Source: Tetramitus jugosus
Taxonomy: Eukaryota; Protista; Heterolobosea
Length of the DNA: 64,000 nucleotides
Assembly: GCA_937625935.1 (NCBI GenBank)
Contig: OW569366.1
Location: 372,001 to 436,000, forward strand
Direction: 5' to 3'
The notes beneath the pieces are model-generated. The model saw only the letters and a program-made list of their open reading frames with translations. It had not been told where the DNA came from and made no database searches. The translations under genes were made by a program, and so were the position numbers. Positions 58,284-64,000 of the stretch are shown here, piece after piece; positions within the stretch are counted from its first letter, which is position 1; every line of letters starts with the position of its first letter.

Positions 58284-61088
58284 ATGCAAACAGACTGGTG
58301 GGACGATCTTTATCCAAGTGATGACAACTATGAAGATGAAACACCATATGGTGGCAGTACAACCAAAAGAAGACGCACCAATGATGATTTGAAAGACAAG
58401 AACAAAAATTTGGTGCCGAATCCTGCAGTGTACCGAAAACCAATACGATTTGTTTCGAGTGGGGTTCGAATTATTGGAGATAAAGTATTGAATGCAGAAA
58501 CAAAAGATGAGAAACAGCAGCTACAGCAGCAGCAGCTGAGAAGAAAATCGACCATTGATGAAGAATTACAAATATTGAAAATGTTTGAAATGTCGTCTGA
58601 GGAAACTGATGAGGTTGAATCAAATGACATGGAAATTGAAAATGAAGAGGAAGAACAAGTAGAAGAAGCAAAAGAAGAAGCAGTAGCAGTAGCAGAAGAG
58701 CCAATTGAACAAGCTGAGAAACCCATGTTGTCCAATGCTGATTTTGCTTCAATGTTTTTTGATCAACCTGTTCAACAACAAACAACAGAAGCACCTGTAG
58801 ACAAGAAGAAGCAATATGAACACAAGAAACAACCAGAGAAACTCCCGCAACAACAACAGCAGCAACAGAAGCAGAAGAAGAAGAATTATATTATTACGGA
58901 ATCGAAGCGAAAAGTAGAGGAAAAAGCTGGTACTTTTGCTCAATCTACTGAAACGAAGAAGGAGATTGAAGTGAAGAAGGATAAGCAATTTGGTGCATTT
59001 CTGGATGATATCGTGGGAAACAACGTGGTTAAGATGATGAAGAATATGGGGTATGATTTCTCTGGTGGTTTGGGAAGAGAGGGCGAAGGTATCGTCAATC
59101 CGATCAAGGTCATTCACACTGGTAAGCATCAAGCTGTTATTGTGAGTGATCATCATATTCAGAAAACCAAAACGATGAGCAGAGACGAGGAGGAGCAAGA
59201 TGAAACACAAAAAACGGAGAATGAACCAAAGAAAAAACGATGGAAGAAGGATCTTGTTGCTGAAGCGCGAGGAATTAATCGAAAACAAAAGACGATATAT
59301 CAAACAGCCGAAGAATTGTTGAATAAGCAGCAAAGGCAGGCTCAAAGAGGTGGCATAAAGGCTGTGCCGTATGAGATTATTGACATGACAGGTGCAGAAG
59401 CACGGGTGCTATCAAGTTTGAACGAATTGCGCGTAAATGGTCCAGTTTCTGGCAGTGGTGCAACTTCTAGAGTTTTGCCCGAGCTACAGTACAATATTCG
59501 AGAGTTAGTGGGCATGTCTGAGGCGGCGATTCAAGACTTGGATCGCAAGGTTAGACACGAGAAGGACAAGTTTTCTCAATTGGATCAACAACGAGCAAAA
59601 TTAGAGGAGACGACCAAACGTCAGCAAGAAACAGTGTCCTCCTTTCGTGAGGTGCTCAATATTGTGTCAAAATGTTTTGAGCGGTTGAGTTCAACTGACA
59701 ATCAACTTTCCTTGGACACATTGCACGAAGTGTTTCAAATGATTCAGAATAAGCATCGAGATATTTATTTCAAATATGATATTGGTCAGTGTGCAATTGC
59801 ACTGGCTGGTCCCCTAATCAAGCATCGGTTTGAAAATTGGAATCCATTTGAGAATCCAACACTGAATATATCACTCGTAGAGAAATGGAAGCAATTGCTA
59901 TCGGCACAACCAGATCAAAAAGAAGAGAAGAAAAAGCACAGCTGGAGAAAGGATTTACTTCAGCAAACAAAACCTGAGAAGGAGGATTACTATGAAAAGT
60001 TGGTCGAAGATGTAATATTACCGAAGGTTAGATATGCATTCAAATATTCGTGGGATCCTATTCATCAATGTGATCAAGCTGTAACACTTGTGGAGCAGTT
60101 TATCATACCTCTATTACCTGAGCCAATGATGAAACACATTATTGACCACTTAGTTCTGCCAAAGATTGCTAGCACTGCGGAGAATAACTGGGAGAGTTAC
60201 GATCTACCTTTGATCCATACATGGATTCACCCTTGGCTACCAATATTCCGCCTCGAGTACAAATCGAAAATGGAGCAGTTCGACATTTTCCCAACCATCC
60301 GGCGGAAGATCAACAAATCACTTCAAAACTGGAACCCAGCAGATCCAATGGCTCGCAAGCTATTGGCTCCTTGGAGGTCTGTCTTTGATTCAAAGGAAAT
60401 TACAGGGATACTGACACAGATGATATTACCTCGCTTAACAACAGCTCTTCGAGACAAGTTTGAAGTTGATCCAGCAGATCAAGACTTGACGGCATTCCAA
60501 CAGGTAATGTCCTGGTCTGATGTTCTTCCCAGTCAGTACATGGTTAGTCTGCTTGAGAATGAATTCTTCCCCAAGTGGAACATTGTTCTGTATGAATGGC
60601 TGTGTCAACCAGAGAAAGATTTTCAACAAATACACAGCTGGTATCATGGATGGAAGAGCATGTTCCCACAGAATGTAGCAGACAGCAGAAAAGTTCAAAT
60701 GCAATTCGCTCGGGCAATGGATATGATCAATCAAGCATTCTCTGGCCAAGAAATCATACCATCACACACGTTACCACCACCTTCCACTGTAATTCAGAGC
60801 AAGTCGAAGAACAAGACAAAACAACCACAGAAACAACAACAACCAGTGGCTCAATATTATGAACTGTCATTCAAAGAGCTCATTGAACAATTTGCTGCTC
60901 AAAATGACTATGTATTTATGCCAAAAGAGGGAAAGGCCAATGGAAAGCAGTTGTACAACTTTGCAGGTCTGTCTACGTATATCGACAATGATTGTCTCTA
61001 TTTGAAGGATGCATCGAGTGGAGTTTGGAAGCCTGTGACCCTCGAGGAATACATTCAACGTGTTGAAGAAAAGAAAAAGGCAAAGTAG
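58284..61088 (+). CDS. TFIP11: Tuftelin-interacting protein 11 / Ntr1 (G-patch spliceosome disassembly factor)
   Basis: KPIRFVSSG, G-patch KMMKNMGY...GLGREGEGIVNPI, IIDMTG, LPELQYN, IHTWIHPWLP, FFPKW, WYHGWK. Confidence 0.95.
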   Translation: MQTDWWDDLYPSDDNYEDETPYGGSTTKRRRTNDDLKDKNKNLVPNPAVYRKPIRFVSSGVRIIGDKVLNAETKDEKQQLQQQQLRRKSTIDEELQILKMFEMSSEETDEVESNDMEIENEEEEQVEEAKEEAVAVAEEPIEQAEKPMLSNADFASMFFDQPVQQQTTEAPVDKKKQYEHKKQPEKLPQQQQQQQKQKKKNYIITESKRKVEEKAGTFAQSTETKKEIEVKKDKQFGAFLDDIVGNNVVKMMKNMGYDFSGGLGREGEGIVNPIKVIHTGKHQAVIVSDHHIQKTKTMSRDEEEQDETQKTENEPKKKRWKKDLVAEARGINRKQKTIYQTAEELLNKQQRQAQRGGIKAVPYEIIDMTGAEARVLSSLNELRVNGPVSGSGATSRVLPELQYNIRELVGMSEAAIQDLDRKVRHEKDKFSQLDQQRAKLEETTKRQQETVSSFREVLNIVSKCFERLSSTDNQLSLDTLHEVFQMIQNKHRDIYFKYDIGQCAIALAGPLIKHRFENWNPFENPTLNISLVEKWKQLLSAQPDQKEEKKKHSWRKDLLQQTKPEKEDYYEKLVEDVILPKVRYAFKYSWDPIHQCDQAVTLVEQFIIPLLPEPMMKHIIDHLVLPKIASTAENNWESYDLPLIHTWIHPWLPIFRLEYKSKMEQFDIFPTIRRKINKSLQNWNPADPMARKLLAPWRSVFDSKEITGILTQMILPRLTTALRDKFEVDPADQDLTAFQQVMSWSDVLPSQYMVSLLENEFFPKWNIVLYEWLCQPEKDFQQIHSWYHGWKSMFPQNVADSRKVQMQFARAMDMINQAFSGQEIIPSHTLPPPSTVIQSKSKNKTKQPQKQQQPVAQYYELSFKELIEQFAAQNDYVFMPKEGKANGKQLYNFAGLSTYIDNDCLYLKDASSGVWKPVTLEEYIQRVEEKKKAK

Positions 61089-61101
61089 GTATGCATGAAT
61101 C

Positions 61102-62470
61102 CTATGTGCTTGCGGGAGGTTCTTGTAATTCTGCGTTTCTCAGTGCTTCAATGCATCGATCCAGTGCTGTTTTAAATTCAGCATGGCTTGAGAATGCCTG
61201 CGAAATATAATCTGGATAGTCTTCGGTTTCAAATAGGAATGCTTCAGATTCATATCGAATGGAATGAAGGTCAATCTTGAATTCCTGAGGTACCTTATCC
61301 TCATTCTCAAAAAATTCCTGCACAGTAAGATCAAGCAACGTCTGACATTCAAATGAAAGTTAGTACAGCAAACACAAAAGTTATTGTAAGATATTGTAAA
61401 CTAACCTGTGAACATTTTTGCTCATCATCCGCATGTTCAGTCATGATGGCGTATTTTCTAGTCCAGTCCATTATCGATGAGGCCTCTGGTATCCGATCAT
61501 CACCGACGATTGCATGTCCCATTCCACGAAGATGGCAACGGATTTGGTGAGTCCTGCCTGTAATTGGCTTGCACACCACAATACTCTGGTTTGTCGTTGG
61601 ACAGTAATGCAATCCAACAGCCTGTGTATAGGCATCCACTGGTTCCTTGTCTGTTGTGTCTCTATTGATCACTGATTGCACAATTTGTCCATTGACAATA
61701 GGATCCCAGAGACCTCTTCTCTGACTAATCATCACCAAAGGGTATTGAATGTGATGAACAGCAGGTTGCTGTTCACTATCCAATGAAACAACATTTGGAA
61801 ATCGTCCATTCACTCTGGCCAGATAATACTTTGACACAAGATTCTTGGTTGACATATCATGATACAATCGCACAGCATCCGTGCTCGTACCACATATCAA
61901 AACACCACTCGTACACTTGTCCAATCGATGAACAAAACGAGTCTTCAAATTGTACTCGTCCTGAAGAATAGCACTCAAGCTGTTTCGAATAAACTTACCA
62001 ACCGCATGGATCGGAATTCCATGTGGCTTCTGGATCGCAAAGAAACTAAAGTGAACCAAATCGGCACCTGGTTTCAAATTCGGCAACAACCGAATAGAGT
62101 CAAAGTGCAGCACTGGCTTCTCAACAATCATGTCCCGTGTGCTCAGAACATCCTGTGGACGTATAACGTAGCTCGGATCCACTTTTTGATCATTTATCAA
62201 AATGTGTCCATTGTTCAACATGTCCAAACAGACTTGATCTGGCACTGAGAACTCGAAAGTGTAAGCAGAGAGGATATCCTTGTTTAACCAACGTTCTTTG
62301 GCAAAGGTTTTTCGATTCTTGAGATATGGCTTGATAAAACGGAGGCCCGAGTGAATGACATAGTGTGCTCTGGGTAGCTTATGGTTTGGCAACAAAAGTT
62401 GTGACTTGTTCATAAAGTGGTTCGCGCCCAATTGCATTTTATCAGTTTCGATTTTGTGATTCTCCTTCAT
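61102..62470 (-). CDS. RluA-family pseudouridine synthase, 2 exons
   Basis: KPHGIPIH, HRLDKCTSGV, KYYLARV, TGRTHQIRCHL, IVGD; intron 61342-61405 (GTTAGT..CAG) adds the DLHS-containing exon. Confidence 0.9.
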
Positions 62471-62582
62471 TTCGCGAAATTATGTTTGTTTGAAGGTGAA
62501 AATGAAGTTCGCTTCAATGAAAGTTGGCGGAATAATTTATACAATGGGGTTTTGAATGGTTCAGGCGGTTGTGCTTGCGCGG

Positions 62583-63347
62583 TTAGTAAGATTTCATCTT
62601 CTTTCTGTTTTCAAGAAATTCTTCTCTGTTTGTTGTCACTCTGGATGGTAACTTTGCGGGTTTCTTGTACGACAAGTAACCAGGGTTCTTCTCTGCGACA
62701 ATGTCATCTGTTTTGTCACCAGTTTCCCTAAAGATAAACTTTTTGACATAGAACGCACACAGTGCAAATAATAGTACATGCCTCCAAAGAATTCCGTTGG
62801 CCATCTTATACATTGTTTGCAAAACAATCGTTAGACATCAAAAAGATTAAGGTGGTGCTGATCACCTTCCAAAAATACATACCTTTTCTTTAATATTCTT
62901 CATTTGAGAGCGAGGGTTACTATACTCTTCGTATTCAGGATTTTGATTACTTTTGTCAGAACCATCATTGTAATAGTAAGAAGTCTTGCTGGTGTTGTTA
63001 CTGTGGTTATTTTGATATTGTTGACTCCAGAATTGATCACTTCCGTGATACTTTCGATTATATTGAGCATTCCGAAATGCTTCAGATGAGTAGGAACTCG
63101 ATGAAGGAGTTGATGACGAAGAAAACATGGATCGGTCATAGTCATTTCTCTTGGATTCATCAAACAACACAGAGTACGCTTCTGATATCTTCTTAAACTC
63201 TGCTTCTGCAAGTTTCTTGTGATCCGTGTTGACTTCAAAATCTGGATGATGCTTCTTCACGAGATGAAGATAGGAACTTCGAATGGTCTTCCGACAGGCA
63301 GTCCGGGAGACGCCCAGAATTTCATAGTAGGTTTTAGTGGTGTTCAT
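62583..63347 (-). CDS. J-domain protein with a C-terminal TM segment, 2 exons
   Basis: YYEILGV...HHPD...EAYSVL; intron 62805-62882 (GTATGT..CTAAC..AAG) joins to MANGILWRHVLLFALCAFYV. Confidence 0.8.
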
Positions 63348-63501
63348 GTGATTGATATTGTGGTATGTTGTAGTTGGTTCAAGTCTATGTTCTGTTTTTT
63401 TCAGATGCTGAAACTGTTTTTGCTGAGCTATTATTCTATTATTGGGCCCTGTTCTGATTGGGTATGTCACACGTCATCACCGGTAAATTGTATCTACAAC
63501 T

Positions 63502-64000
63502 TCATGTTTTATTCGGTCCTTTGAAGTTGACTTTTGGAGAATATCCCAATAATTGGGCAACATAGTTGGCAATTGCCAGTGAGCTTGTGAGACCAGGAGA
63601 TTCGATGCCAATCAAGTTGATGAATCCAGGAAACCCATGACCGCTTTCTTCTTGGATTATAAAGTCCCTGAAGTTTGTATCTCCATCAGGGTTCAGTTTA
63701 GGTCTCATACCAGAGTAATCGGGTTGTAAATCTGCCAATTGAACATTGCGAAGATACTTGCTGACACTCGAATGAAAATTAGTAGCCTTTTTTGTATCCA
63801 CTCTGTAGTCAAACACTTCTTCCCTTCGAAATAGTTCATCACTCTGATTGTTGAGTTCCCAATCTGAGAATGCTGGTTTCTCAAACAAAGAGTCTGGTCC
63901 AAATTTGATCTTATTATTCATGTCGAGTGTTGCATGAACACCTAGTCCGATAAGACCTTTTTCTGGCACTGGGTATATTAATCGGTTTATCGAGCACTTG
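63502..64000 (-). CDS. L2HGDH: L-2-hydroxyglutarate dehydrogenase, C-terminal part (N-terminus beyond the window)
   Basis: LIYPVP, GLGVHATLD, FGPD, PDYSGMRPKL, GIESPGLTSSLAIA. Confidence 0.9.
   Translation of the reverse strand, partial: KCSINRLIYPVPEKGLIGLGVHATLDMNNKIKFGPDSLFEKPAFSDWELNNQSDELFRREEVFDYRVDTKKATNFHSSVSKYLRNVQLADLQPDYSGMRPKLNPDGDTNFRDFIIQEESGHGFPGFINLIGIESPGLTSSLAIANYVAQLLGYSPKVNFKGPNKT

Noticed and set aside
1-64000. CRISPR arrays, prokaryotic operons, reverse transcriptase or transposase genes
   Set aside because: No spacer-separated repeats and no RT or DDE motifs seen; spliceosomal introns show the DNA is eukaryotic. CAA/TTG runs are poly-Q/N/T codons or UTR microsatellites.

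Overview
Compact, gene-dense, intron-poor eukaryotic nuclear DNA. It is most consistent with a free-living, flagellum-capable protist; a heterolobosean (Naegleria-like) source is my inference from the 7TM gene family, cathepsin type and gene density. About 27 protein genes are supported: TFIIH p44, TFIP11, TRAPPC5, PIGZ, CEPT, ERdj3, RMC1/Mic1, 3R-Myb, CFAP74, ODA-DC3, cathepsin B, a lipoxygenase, L2HGDH and others. There are also three tRNA genes (Ser-AGA, Val-CAC, Asp-GTC), one solitary 5S rRNA gene and several decayed copies. Two things stand out. (1) A 2974-aa protein is built from ARM repeats, a charged single helix, 27 tandem copies of the Hsp70 C-terminal lid bundle and a villin headpiece, i.e. 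a possible spectrin-like cytoskeletal rod made from a chaperone sub-domain. (2) A family of short ORF1-only, A-tailed retroposons sits just upstream of, and divergent from, two different tRNA genes; three copies are stacked head-to-tail and one is flanked by a 14-bp target-site duplication. Also notable: two divergent CCT5-like and CCT7-like chaperonins, a RING-BAG fusion, a proteobacterial-type BdhA with a decayed duplicate, and frequent AAG splice acceptors. All family assignments are from motif recognition by eye; no searches were run.
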